Below, piece after piece: positions 14,380 through 27,989 of a stretch of 64,000 nucleotides of DNA (position 1 is its first letter; every line of letters starts with the position of its first letter). The notes beneath the pieces are model-generated. The model was not told where the DNA came from and made no database searches. It worked only from the letters and a program-made list of their open reading frames with translations. Origin of the DNA: Geosiphon pyriformis uo1 (lineage: Eukaryota; Fungi; Glomeromycota); assembly GCA_016748015.1 (NCBI GenBank), contig JAAOMT010000227.1:121239-185238 (forward strand), read 5' to 3'. The position numbers were made by a program, and so were the translations under genes.

Positions 14380-15215
14380 CAAAACAATGCTCTTCTGCTA
14401 ATAATACTCATATTATTTTCAAATATGATCGGAAAAATGAATATATTGTTTCTAAAAAACTTGTATTAAAAGATCAATAACAAAAAACAGCAACTCAATT
14501 AACAAACTGCCCTTTTATTATATATATAAATAATTACTTAAAGTTAATGAATGCTGGTATTTAACAATTCACAATATAGAACATAATCATGAGTTATCTA
14601 ATAATATTGTTAGACATCCTGCTGTTTAATAACTTAAATCCAAATAGAAAGTATTAGTTTCACAAATATTAAGTAAAAACATTGCACCAAAAGCAATTTT
14701 AACAGTATTATAACAAGAAAATCTTGAACAACATGTAATTTCAAAAACTATTTATAATAAAAAAACACATTTTTGAAAAATAGAGCTTGCTAATTGTTCA
14801 TTTATACTAGTTTTATTTTATTTGGCATCTAGTAAATACAAATCATATTTTTATAATAATTAATCCTGAAGTTAATATTTCAACAATTATTCTAAGTTTG
14901 GATCCATTACTTGAAGAAATAAATTGAATATATCAACTTTTGGCTCCACATTAACAAGAAGCAATGTGCACTTAATTAATTCAGATTTTAATTATATCTC
15001 TTGCAATTAAGAATTTTTTTAATCAATAAACTTAAGAACATCTTTTAGGTACTTTAAATTGCTTTCAACAAAATATTGCTCATCAAAAATTATCTATTCA
15101 ACAAAATTTATTCTAATTTGAAATTATTGAAAATATTTTTTCTTAAATTCAAGTATGTAAATATAAAATTTGTAAGAAACAAAACCATAATATTTGGACT
15201 TGTCCACAACAAGGT
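14380..15215 (+). pseudogene. Internally deleted MULE (FAR1/Hop-like) transposase remnant
   Basis: FAR1/WRKY-like KYDR...TQLTNCPF...WYLTIHNIEHNHEL...HP, then PKAIL...SKTIYN, then a C-terminal knuckle KICKKQNHNIWTCP. No room for the DDE core. Confidence 0.65.
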
Positions 15216-15529
15216 GTTTTTTAATTATAAATTAATATCATGTGTTGTGAATAGTTGATTTAGCAAAAAAAATGCAATTTTCTTAATTTATATATGTATT
15301 TATGGCTTTATTGTTATGATGAAAATGTTATTCCATTATTGAGTTATCATGTACAAATATATTTTATTTTTGTTTTTTTTGTTTTTCCTAGTCTATCTAC
15401 AACAGCTAACATCTTTAAAACCTAAAGACAATTTCTTTTTAGTATCAGTCATTAGAAAATAAAACTAGCATGATATTTTTTCAATTACAAATAAATTGAT
15501 TTTTTTATTGTAGTATTATAGTATAATTA

Positions 15530-15615
15530 GTAAAGCAATTGGAAAGAAGAGTTTGAATATTATCAAAAAGTGGCCAAAGATGAACATTGAGAAGCTCAAT
15601 TAATTTTGGGAATAA
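15530..15615 (+). pseudogene. Possible single Sel1-like repeat remnant
   Basis: EEFEYYQKVAKDEH*EAQLILG resembles the Sel1 consensus AF.YYQKAAE.G...AQ..LG. Confidence 0.35.
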
Positions 15616-18320
15616 TCTTACTTATTTGTTAATAAAGTTAAGAGCTTTAAAGTTTATGTAATTATTGATCATGAGATTTTTTGATATTTATTTTAATTAG
15701 TTTTTTTGATATTTTAAATTTTGATTATATCTATCAAACATGATATTAGATTATAGTCTTTTTTTTTGCTTTGAGTCTCAAGTCCAAAATTATAAACATT
15801 CTTTTGGCTTTAAAAAACAGCTAAAAATATTTGTGGTCAATAAATAAAGAAAGCATATAAAAGGAAGACTCGTGGAAAAATTGTTTAGGCTGGGAAAGAA
15901 TTTGGAGTTTGAGCAATAAGTATCATATATATATGTAATGCTTAGTTTATAATATATATGTTAATGCAAGTTCTATTTTTACTCATTTATTGTGAATGTA
16001 GATGATAAAATAATCAAGCAACATTTTGGCAAATAGGAACTGTATGAGATCAATTACACATCTAGTTCACAGATGTTTAAGTATTCAAATAAAATTACAG
16101 CCTATTTGGACAAATTTGTAAACAAGCTAAATGTTTTACCTCTATAGTTTAATTTATATATAACATTAAAAAGCTGCTAAATTATTATTTTTGTCTTAAT
16201 AGATAGATCTCAAAGTATCATTAAAGAAAAATATTGCCCAGAATTATCACAAAAAACACTATAACATTGATTACATACTCTATCAAGAACTTTTTAAATA
16301 ACTTAAGAATAATTAACAAAATATTACTCACTTTTAATCAATAATTAAGCAGTTAGTAAGAGTGGTTTTTGAATAAAAAAAAATTGAATATATACTGACT
16401 AACATATTTGGATTTATGACTTGAGATTGTGTTCCAAAATAGTTATTCAATCTGCCTTAGTGCATAATAAGATAGTGAATAGTTAGAACTCTGTATTATA
16501 ATAGACTGTTAATGCTATTTTTGTTGAATACTTAAGTGTTTCAGTTTATTTTTGAACTGGCATATTTGAGTTTATGACTTAAGACTTGTTTTAGAATAAT
16601 TATGCAGTCTGACTTTGTATATGTTAAAATTACTTGTTTTTATATATATTTTTTAGTTTTACAAAATTATTTTTAATTGTTTGTTATTACTAGCTATTGC
16701 TTGCTATTTCTGTTATTGTTTTATTCTTTTACACTATAACTAGTTATCTTATATTATGACTAGTTATTTTGTGTTTTTTTACATTATTGTGTTATCTTGT
16801 ATTATCTTGAATTATTATGTATTATTCTGTGTTATTTTATATTATCATATTTTTTTTATGTTATCATGCTTTAATCACATTTTTTTAATAATTTTTGGAT
16901 TGTCTTTTTTATTTAAGTAATACTGGTTAATTTTGTTAATTAAATTTGATAATATAAATCTTTTTCACATAATTTTAATAGTAATTTCTTTAGTATATTA
17001 TTGTAATTTTTGTATTAAAAATCATAAAAATTTTTGGTAATATTAAGAAAACAATTATAACATAATACACTAATAAATAACTCTTTTGCTAATATTTTAT
17101 TTTTAGAGTATAATAAAAAAAATACTAATAAATTTATGTTTTAGCAATAATTAGAAAATTATACTAAAATATGTAATATTTTTTTAATATTAAAAAATAT
17201 AAAAACACTTTCTGTTACTTATTTAAATAATATAAAGAGATAGCTATTCATTTTACAAAAAATAATGTGTTTTTTTTACTTATGACAACAAAAAAAAATA
17301 GTTATTACTTATAACACCAAAAAAAAATAGTTATTACTTAAAACTACTTTATATATTAAAATATTGTAATAAAATTAAAATATCTAAATATAATGTCTAT
17401 TGTTTTTTAACTATAAGCAATTATATTTATTTTTGTTATTTTATTTACAATACATATTTTTTAATACTTTTATTAATTGTATTATACAAAAAAAACTAAT
17501 ATTTAAGATAATAAGAATAATTAGTTAAACAAAAATAATCTACTAATTTAATTGATAATTTTTCTATTAATTTTAGACAAATACTAGTCTATAAAATTAT
17601 AAGATATTCTTAAAAAAAATAAGAAAACAACCAAATTTTTTATAATCTTAAGTCTTAAAAAGTTTTATAATTAAGAAATAAAAAAAAATTATAGTTTAAT
17701 ATATAAATTAGATTATATTTCTATATTTTAATTGACTAATATATTATGTATTATTTAAAATTATATAATATTGATATTTTTATATTTTTTTTATAATAAC
17801 ATAATATATATTTGTTTTCTTAGTTAATTTAGTTTTTAATTATAATAATTTAATTGTAATTATATTAAGTAAATTTATTTTTATAAATCCAATATAGTTT
17901 AATTTTAATCAACTTAACTGGTTAATTATATGTAAATAAAGTATAAATTATGTTTAATTTAAAATATTTTAATATTATATTGTATTAAACTATGTTTTAT
18001 TAAAACATAAAAAAAAATATACTGTTTGTTATTTTATAAAAAAATATTGCATTTATGTATTTTAATTAATGTTTTATAATTATTTTATTTATAATAACTT
18101 TATAATTATTGTTAATCTTAAATATTTTTAATTTTATTTTTACTACATTATGCAAAAAAATAGTTAATAAGCAAAAAATTAACACTTAAATCTGTTTATT
18201 ATTAAATGATTAAAATAAATTAGCTATAGCCCTATTATATATAATGTTTTTGAAATATAATGTTTTTTATTATATTTCCAATGTTTTTTCAGACAAGTAG
18301 TAATCTTATTTATGAAATTG

Positions 18321-20828
18321 TTAAACTTCAGCACCAAACTTTTCTAACCATTTTTTTTTATCAGTTATTTTCCATCTATTCGCATCCTCAACAGATACAA
18401 TAAATTGTTTCAGCACTCTCTTCAATTTATCTATTAACTCTAACAATGACATTTTTTTTTCAAACTTGATAATTGCAATGATTTGACACAATTTGATGTA
18501 GTTCTGAATAATTGTTTGACATAAATTGAATAGAAGTTGCAGCATGGTTGCAAGACCAAAATCAATAAAATAAAAACATTTATTTCTTCATATAATATTC
18601 CGAATTGTGATATTTCCATGTGTATAATAATTGGAGTGAATCTGTTTTAGACATAACCATAAATCCAGAATGATTTGAAAAAGGGTGTAATTATTTATAT
18701 TACTGTTATTAGAAATCCAAGATTCCAAAGATTGTTCTACAAAGTCTGTTATTATTGCTTGGAATCCTTCTATTGTATGGCCTTCAAAAAGAATTTTGGG
18801 AACACAAAAAAGATTGCTTAGTACATGTAATGCTGATATTTCTTGATAAATTTAAGAAAATTCAGAGTTTTTGCAGACCTCAATCTTCAATTAAAAAAAA
18901 TTAGTTGATCAATATAATAAGTTTAATATACAAATATGGGAATTAATATCTTTAGAACAGCCTTCTTTATTCCATAATCCTGTAATTGTACCAAAAATAC
19001 TAGACTCTCTTTTCCAATTCCGAGGTAAAATATAACTTGTACATGAATATTATTTCCAGAGTCTAATTTAATAATAAAATTTTTTTTGATAAAAGAAACC
19101 ATAAGATTTTTAGGAGTTAATAATAACTTAAGAGACATATAAGCCTTATTATTATTTGGAGAATTTTTTTTTTGCTAGATGCTTTTAACAAGTATTCATT
19201 ATAATAATGATTGATTAAGCCAGTGATAAGTGAAGCCATTTAAACATTCCATATATACAGTTTACTTTCTTCTATTGCCAATTTGTTTTGGGTTTTATTT
19301 ATGGTGACTTTCATAAATTGTCAATGGTTTCTGTCAGTTAAACATCTATAGAAGACTGATATTAAAGAAACATTTGTTGTAAGGTATATACTGACATACT
19401 TTACTATTTGTTTTTTTTCTGTTCTTGCTTTTGTCTGATCAGTTATATCATTTTTGACTTTTCAACCTAACTCTTTTGATAAATCAGGTGGATTATTCAT
19501 TAATTGACTATAGTATTGATTTAAATCAATTATAATATTAGCATAAGCTTCTTTTTCTTTTTTATTACTGTTATCTCCAAGTACAAGTAAGTTTTTCAAC
19601 CCCAAAAATTGTATTGTTTCATTTACAACATTTTTGCAAAATGGCTGGTGTTTTTTTACTTTATCTGATCTATTAATAGAAAATAATTTTTCAAATATTT
19701 GGGCACCAATCTGTGATAGTGTCTGTATCTTATTCTTCATCCTCCATATTTTTACCCAGTTATTTTGTATCATATATCTGTATACAGATGAGAAATTTTT
19801 GGATTTGCCTGTCTCAAGTTGTAATATCACTAATTGCAGGTCTGCAACTGTGTTTTTAGATTCTTGTGAATGAATTAATGATAGTGAGGCACAAGTTAAA
19901 AAATAACAGTGAAAAAAGCAGTGTAGATGAAATGCAAAATTTAAAATAAAATTAGAGCATTGACATAAGAATATCTAAAAAAAATTATCGATCATAATAT
20001 CAGAAAACTCTATTATTGTGTCTATTCTATCCTATAGAAGTAAAAAGGAGAAAACAACATATTTGAAGCATGGATCCAGTTGATAAAATAAAACAGGATA
20101 TATGCAAATAGAGAACAGTAATAAATCCACAAGTTAGTCAACATCAAAAAAATTTCCATAAACAGATAATAAACAAGGCAGAAGTGATGCATTAAAAATA
20201 AACATTCATATCAAATGCTTATCTTTGTCTAAAAAAATAGGTTTGACAACAGAAAATAAGAGATAAAAAAAAAATAACCACTTGTTAGTCAGCTATCAGT
20301 CAATAACAAAAATGCATAACATAAACCAAAAAACACTTATTGAATTAAAAAAAAAAGCAGTAGAGGTAGATATGTAAACACGTTCAGAAAGTACATTACA
20401 CAAAAAAAAGGAGAATAAAACACAGACAGCAAAAAAAAAAACATTGTTAATTGTCATAAACTCTATTCTAACCTAGTATATACTATTCTACCACCCCAAC
20501 ACTTAAACAACAAATTCATAATAAAAGAAAATCATATTATAAAGTTGTTACTTGTATCATCTATTGCTGTACATAGTTTTTCTGTCCATTTTAGCAACTT
20601 CTCTTTCCACTCATTTTTTTTTACTTTTAAATTATTTGCTTCTTCTTTGAACTCTTCCTTTTCTTTTATCCACTTTTTTCTTTGTTTTTTATCTATATCC
20701 TTCTTCTCTCTCAAATTCTTCTTTAATTCACTTAACCTATCTAGCTTCTTTACACATCTGTCATACTTGCTTTTAGCTTTTTTCAATGCTTGTTTAATAT
20801 TTTCAACATCCACCATGGTGTTTTGCAT
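18321..20828 (-). pseudogene. Crinkler-like pseudogene: coiled-coil header + PD-(D/E)xK REase-like domain + protein kinase
   Basis: Exon 1 at 20545-20828. REase-like ELG*KVK...FYRCLTDRNH*QF (19310-19470). Kinase: YLGIGKESLVF, AVLK, HGNITIRNIM (HGD..RN), IDFGLAT. Stops and frameshifts present. Confidence 0.7.
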
Positions 20829-21699
20829 GTTTGTTATGGTTTGGAAAGATATGGCTTATCAATATAAATTTACTATTTAGGTGACAAACCCATCTTTGTT
20901 ACAATATTAATTATTTTTATATTTTTAATGTTGTATAAAATTGGTTTTATTATTTTAAAATAAAAATAATTCTAAGTTTTAAAAATTAGAATTAATACTA
21001 TCAAAATTGGAAAAAATTAAACCAGTATTAAAATATATATTTATTATTATTTTGTAATTTTATATTAATTTTAAACTTATTAAATAAAAGTTTATGTATT
21101 TTAATTTAGAAATTATTTTTTATGTATTAATTAAATATAATTGAATTAAAACTTAAAATATTTAAAAAAAAATTTTACTTACATATTTTTTATATATAAC
21201 TAGTTATTAAAACTTATATTAAGTTAAAAAACTATTTGTTTATATCTTTATTTAACAACTTTTAATTTTAAACATATTTATATATTTAAGTTTAATAATT
21301 TTATTATTAATCTTATGTTATTACTTTATATTTTTTACAAATTTATTAATAAGTTAATTTTTTTTAAAATTTTAAATAATAATAATGTATTTTATTCCAA
21401 ATATTAAAATACTTAATTTTAAATAAAGTAATAAAAAATATTTTTTTAGCACTAATAAAAGCTTATAATATGATTTATTATAATTTTGTAAATAATTAAA
21501 ATATTTACTTATTTAATATAATATTAAATATTAAAATAAAAATAAATCTAAATAAAACATAAAAAAAAACTTCATTTTTTTCTATGTCCAAAATTCTCCA
21601 AAGAGCACTTTTTTAAAAAAAAAGTTTTTATTTTTTTTTGTTGTTTTTTTTCAATATTTTTTTAACTAACAACTTTTTCATTGTGAACTTGGAAACTAT

Positions 21700-23556
21700 T
21701 TTAAGTAATAGCATATTTAAAAAAAAAGGTACTTAAAGATACTTTTTATGGTCTTGCTGGTGGTTTCTTCTTTCAAAAAAAAATAGTTGTTTTTGAAAAT
21801 ATTAAACACTCTGATAATAAAAAAAATATTTCTTTAATTAAGTCTGGATCTGATAATAGTATATATTTAAATATAAACAGTATGTTTAGTGATAATAAAA
21901 ATAATAGCATAACTAGTGTTAATAGTAAATCTTTTTTGAATTTGGCTGCAATTATTTTTAAAACAAAAAGAATAGTTATTGGTTTAAATTGTGGTTCCTT
22001 TTTCAGTTCTCTTAATTTTAACATAGATAAAAAAATTAGGTTCTTTCCATCTCCTTTTAATGTTTTTTTAAACAGAAGATGAGTGGATTCTAAAATAGTA
22101 AAAACTTAAGTAAAAGTACTTGTTAGAAAATTATTTGTCTTGGATATTAATCTTTTAGCAATAGAAAACAAATCAGCTATGGCAAAAACTCAGTTTATTA
22201 AAATTTTTTTTTCAACAATTAGTGGTTTTGGAAAAGGCCACTACTTTCTTAAAATTTGAAAAAATTATCAAATCTATGTTTATATTAGAAAAAAGCATGG
22301 TAAAGGCCACTTTATTGGCCAAAAAAAAGACATTATATTAAACAATAATTTTATAAAACAAGAAGTAAATTCAGATTTGGGCTGTGATAATTAAGGAAAT
22401 TCTCATAAACATGCCAAAAGAAATAATTATTGTTGTAATTGCTAAGTATAATCAAATTGTGTTAATCAAAATTCAACTCATTGAAATATAGCAGAAAACT
22501 GTGGTAAAGTTTGTCAATTCAAAACAAACTAATTAGTTGATGGCAAAATGATTATTCTTAATCGAAAAAAATTCTGTGTATATAGCCAAGACTATAGAAA
22601 ATCATGAGATTTGGGCATCTAAAGATTAGTTTAGGATGCTTTTGTTTATCTTGCCTATAGAAATAATAGCTCATGATTTGTGTACTCTATTAGAAGAAGT
22701 CAGTAGAAAAATCTGTATTATTAATTATTCACTTAAAACTGACAACCAGGTTTGCTGTGCTGTGATTGTTTTTAAATTAGATAAAAAACTGGAGTTTGTC
22801 TTTTACATGGAGCCAATTTTTAGTGGCATAAAACTTTCATAGGTTAAGATGAATTTGGTTTAGTGTAAAAAGTATGAGAGATTCAAACATTCTGCTTTAA
22901 AGTGTAATATAACAGATATATCTACTCCTAAGTTTTTAAAGTTATTTAAAAAAATGGTTTTAAATATAAGTTGTCTTTAGTTGACCAAATTATATGTAAA
23001 AAAAAGTGTTTATATTTCTCATTCTGCTGTTTTTGGTGACAAATTTTGGGCCCAAGTAACTTTACTTGCTATATCTCTTAATAATACTTATTTTGGTTTT
23101 AGTTCTGGTTTTTCTTCTTTTAGTACATCATATAATAAGAAAAATTTACCCATTGTACAAAATAATTTATCTATTAGTGCTTATTTGGTTTCTTTGGAAT
23201 GTTTTTTAGAGCTGTTGGTTAATCAAGTATCTGATATTATGCAGAAATTAAGTATTATGAATTTGGTGCTTTTGGTGTCTGCTTTTCAATCTCTTTTTTT
23301 CATAGTATCTGTTTTTTCAAAGTCGAATTTGGATCTAAATATGGTTTTGGATAATCCACTTATGCTATCTGTTTTTTTTCTTTGGTTTCAAATTATATGG
23401 TTTCAGATAGGTGTGAATAGATTAAAAATTTTAATCACTAAAGTAAGTGGATTGAAATCTAAAATAATGTCTCTTAAAGTTTTCATTAATATAGTTTTGA
23501 CAAAATTAGATCAGTTGTGTATTAGCTTAGATTCTTTGGTATCTCCTTTCTCTTAA
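21700..23556 (+). pseudogene. LINE-3 ORF1
   Basis: Homologous to LINE-1 ORF1 (DKFWAQV, SLECFLELL, KVSGLKSK, KLDQLC). Confidence 0.75.
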
Positions 23557-25224
23557 TAAGTAATCTGGTTTAAAAATTTGCTATATGTAATATTTGGAAT
23601 ATCAACATCTCTGCCAAGCAAAAAAATGTTGTTTATTAACATATGAAATTAGAAAATATGGTTTTTTTTGTAACAAAAATAAAGCTAAAATCTAATGTCA
23701 AACTGTAAATTGCAAATAAGTTTGATAAGATGTAATTTTTTATGTTTGGTTTAAAAAGAGTTTTTTTGGTGTTAGTATGATTATTATTATAAAAAATTTC
23801 TTAGCTTGACATGTTTTAAAAATGAAGGAGATTTCTAGTTATATTATTTTAATACAGCTTTTTTTTAAAGACAAGTTTTCAATTACAATTTTGGATTTGT
23901 ATGCTGGTATTTCTGTTGAAGTTAAATTTAGTCAGACATCAAATATTAATTTTTTTATTGCTAAAATGGTTAACTCCAGTATTTTTGTGGTCTTAAGTGA
24001 AGTTTTCAATAAAGATAAATCTAAGAAAAGTGCAAATTTCAAGTTTTATGCAAGTTTGAGTTTGGTTAACTTACTTAAAAGATATTTATTAGTTAGGACT
24101 TCTACTTGAAACAATTTAAAAAGTGTTGAAAAAGTTATTAATTACATTTTTGTGAATAAAAGTCTAATATCTGTAGTTGTCAACCATGTGATCAAATTAG
24201 TATTTGAATTTTTTGACACTGATTACAAGGCTGTTTTAATTTCAATCAGTTTAGGTGGTCTTTTAAATATTTATTTAAACAACATATACAAGCAAGCTAA
24301 CAAAGATTGTTGAAAATTCAAAATCAAAAATACAGATAATATCAAGTAGATATATTTTATAGATTGTTCTTTTGCTAAAATATTTTTGTGGTTAATTAGG
24401 TTTTTGAATACTAAGAGTTATAAAAACCTAAATTCTATATGGAATATTCTAAATAGAATAGTGGCAAATTCAATAGAGTTGGTTTTTTCTAAACAATGGT
24501 TCAATATTTTTAATTATTCTAAACACAAACATTTTTTTCAGTTTTATAGACTTGAATTGTTAATTGTTAAGATAGTCAAAGCTTGTAATCTAAATAATTG
24601 CTCAGAATTTGCTCACCTAGTTAAAATTTTGTCAGATTTTGATGAAATAAAAGCTGTTAAAGTTGTTAATTTGCTTAGTATAGATGCCAATTCCTTAGAA
24701 ATTATTTAATAACTATTAAAGTACAAAAAAAATTAATACAAATCCAAGTATTATGAATTAGAGTTGGCCAAAAATACATCTATAAACAAAGCAATTAAGA
24801 AACATATAGAAAACTTTAAATTAAATAAAAAAAGTATGATTAAAAGTGTTTTAAAACATTTTTTTAGTAAAGTGGTACTGGATTATTTGGTTGTTGAAGA
24901 TATATTAATTTTAAAGCTGATTGATGTAAAACTTAGAGTTGATAAAATTATGATAAGTTGGATGAAAAAGCACACAATACTTTTAGTGTTATCTGTATTA
25001 TAATCTTACCAATATGAATATTTGAGCTACATAAATAAGAACATTTTTTCTAAAGTTATAGATAAAATAAGCATGAATAATTTGGCTTTAGTTATTAGTA
25101 ATATACTTGATGGTAAGGCTGCTGGCCTTTTGGGTATTTTGAATAAACTATAGAAACATAGTAGAAATATGATATTAAGATGTCTTTTGAACCTGATTAA
25201 TGCTTGTTTATTACTTGATAACAT
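23556..25224 (+). pseudogene. LINE-3 ORF2 5' part (APE to start of RT)
   Basis: ILDLYAG, FVVLSEVFN, DTDYKAV, GKAAGLLGI. Confidence 0.8.
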
Positions 25225-26195
25225 TGTTACTAAAGGTTTTTGGTCTCTTTTCTTAATTGTTGTTAATGTCTGTCTGTTGCTAGTTTTATGTTTTCTGAAT
25301 GCAATCAAACCTCCAATAACTGAATTTATCTTCAAATTATCTTCTATAATTTGAACTACTGGGCTTATAAATGAAATAACCAATTCCATGCCAGTTACTT
25401 TGTGTAGTTATATTGTAGTAAACATCAACTTTTTCCCAGAAATTGCTCATCTGGAAGCTCACTAAAAATGTGTAGTTATTTTGCTGTGAAAGTCAACTTT
25501 TCTACAGAAATCTTGTCTGTAGGCTACCTTAATAATTGTAATAAGAAAATAAAAGAAAAATAAAAAAAGTATAAAAGAAATAGAATTTTGTTAAGAGAAA
25601 CGTTTTCTATTCAGGTTTGGAGTTACTAACAAATTACTGAAATTGGTAGCTAATTAATTTCGAAATGTTAATTGTGTTGAGAAAATTTCCAGTGTAATAA
25701 TTAAAGATTTGGGTTTCGAATATTTAATTTTTATTTGAAATATTTAAAAGATAATTTGTTTTAATTAAGATATCTAAAGTAAAGTACTATGATAAAATAC
25801 TATGAGAAGATATATTTTCTTGAAGAAAGAAGCTTTTTTTTATACAACTTGTTATAGTACTAGTTTTTGAACTTGCACTTTTCTCTTTGCTACAATTTGG
25901 GTAAACTAAAAATACATTTTGGCAAACTACAAGTTATTTTACTGAACTATTGATTATTTCGGCCAATTTTCATTAATTTCGACGAATTTTGACTATGTTA
26001 AATGGTTCAGGGTATTGTGTAATTTGATCATCTTAATTTCTATGGTACAAATCAAATTATTGATTGAGTAATAATATTTGATAATTTGATTAAATAATAA
26101 GTGATATTCAAAATAATAATAATATATACTAATTAATAATAGGAATTATAAGGGTAATTTCATGCTAATTAATAGCTAAAATTCTACAAGTAACA
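25225..26195 (-). mobile_element. Complete solo LTR, family B (971 bp)
   Basis: tgttac...gtaaca termini; TSD acat/atat; LINE-3 is continuous across it. Confidence 0.9.
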
Positions 26196-26254
26196 ATATT
26201 TCAGCTTTTTAGAAAAACACTTGAGTCTCAATAATTTCTAAATTATATAACTGG

Positions 26255-27174
26255 TATTACAGATAATTATTTGGGGTCTCAAAGCAAATAACAAACCCAT
26301 AACTTGGTGCTTAATAATAGATACAATTGGTAATATCTGAAGATTTTGGTTGAGTTCCTTATATAATAAACAGAGATTCAATAGTTGTTTTTAGTAGTCT
26401 TCTAGAATCACAATTCCATCAATTTCTTTCTCAACTTGATGGCCAATACTTTTCTGGTAAGCAATCTGTATTTCTTACATGTTTTACTCACTTGCAGAGG
26501 TTTTTTATTAGGCAATCTTTGATGTCAATTTATTCAGCACTTAATCCTTAATTAATTAGTAAACAACAAAAAACAAAAAAAAAGATGAAAAATAAAAGGA
26601 AATAAAAAAATAAGCCAAGGCAATAAAAGTTAGTATTCCATTAATAGCTATGATCAAGAGCTATTGTTCTAGTGTAGTTAAGTAGTGAATTTTATCAATA
26701 TAAAGTGTTGATAAATAGAAAAGTGATTCAATTCTCAAACAAATAATAATAACATAGATTAGATAATAATAAGTGTATTTTATTTAATATTTGAGGATTT
26801 CACTTCTATTGATAGTAATTATTCTTAAAGTGATTCAATGAATAAGAAAGAATAAAGATTTTTATCCTAGAATAGATGTTTTTTTTGCTTCTAATACTAC
26901 TGCTATATATACATAATTCTTTTTACACAAAAAATCTTTTTTTGTTGCTAGATTTTCTGCAAAATCCTTGATTTTCTGAAACATCCAAAATTTCCTAAAA
27001 AATTCTCAACTTTTCTGAAATATCTTGAATTTCCTGAATAATCTTGAATTTTCTGAAACATTCAGAATTTTCTGAAAAACTCTTTTTTTTCTTCTATTCT
27101 AATTGGCTAGTTTATAGTCATGTGTTTTTACTTTTTTGATTATGTATTATTTTTTCTCTTTTTTAAGTATAACA
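26255..27174 (-). repeat. G1 3' LTR
   Basis: tattaca...tataaca; PPT at 27175-27190; colinear with 59349-60267. Confidence 0.9.
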
Positions 27175-27189
27175 TTATTTTCTTTTTTT

Positions 27190-27950
27190 TAATATTAAGC
27201 TTCATTAAAATCTCTTAATATTTTTTTTGTAATAATTCCATAATTTTTTTTCTAATATTATCTTATCTATTTTTCTATGGAGTTTTTCAAATTGGCTGTT
27301 GGTTATTTTTCTTTATTGATTAATAGATAAGCTACTGATTTCTGATTATAATAGTATCTTTAAATAGTTTTGAAATATAGTGTATATTTGGTAGATAGTT
27401 TTGATATATATACCCAAATTAGATTTCTTTCCAATAAAGTTTTTATGTCTTGTATAATCTTTTGATTAAAGACTCTTTTGGTTTTATTCATATATAAATT
27501 CTGAATCATTAATTTTTGTTTCAGATGCCAATAGCAATATAAGACTGGAAATTGTTCTATCTATTGATCCTAATTTTTTGTTGTTACTTCTCTTGGTTAA
27601 ATAATGACAGTTGGTTTTTTGAGAGCACTTTTTACTTTTTCAACAATTTTGTCAATATTATTGCTACTTTTTTTATGTATTTGTTGATATGATATAGTCT
27701 TTTTCTTTTCTCTTTTAGTGTTTTTATAGCAGATGGTTTAATGATTGATTGTTATTTTCATGTTTGTTTGTTGTTAATTTATGGCTTGAAATAATTGTTG
27801 TACTAGTTGGTAAATGTGGTCTGGAATTTCCATTTTCTGTTGTTATTGTCATGTGCTTTGGTTTCTTATATATTGTTTTAGTAAATTAGATCAATGTGTT
27901 TTGGTTCAATATGTATGATTGATTCCAAATCTCATGAAATCTTATCTGGT
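27190..27950 (-). pseudogene. G1 accessory ORF downstream of integrase
   Basis: Homologous to G2 34790-35550 (CYWHLKQK...IYQIYTIFQNYL...INQ*RK). Confidence 0.55.
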
Positions 27951-27989
27951 TTCACTAATATTTTTTGTACTCTCAATTGTAGAATACTA

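Noticed and set aside
16398-16630. Diverged ~75-bp direct repeat, possibly a TPR-like remnant
   Set aside because: No convincing translation in any frame.
16650-18300. Extremely AT-rich low-complexity tract as a centromere or origin
   Set aside because: No specific signal; consistent with fully eroded repeats.
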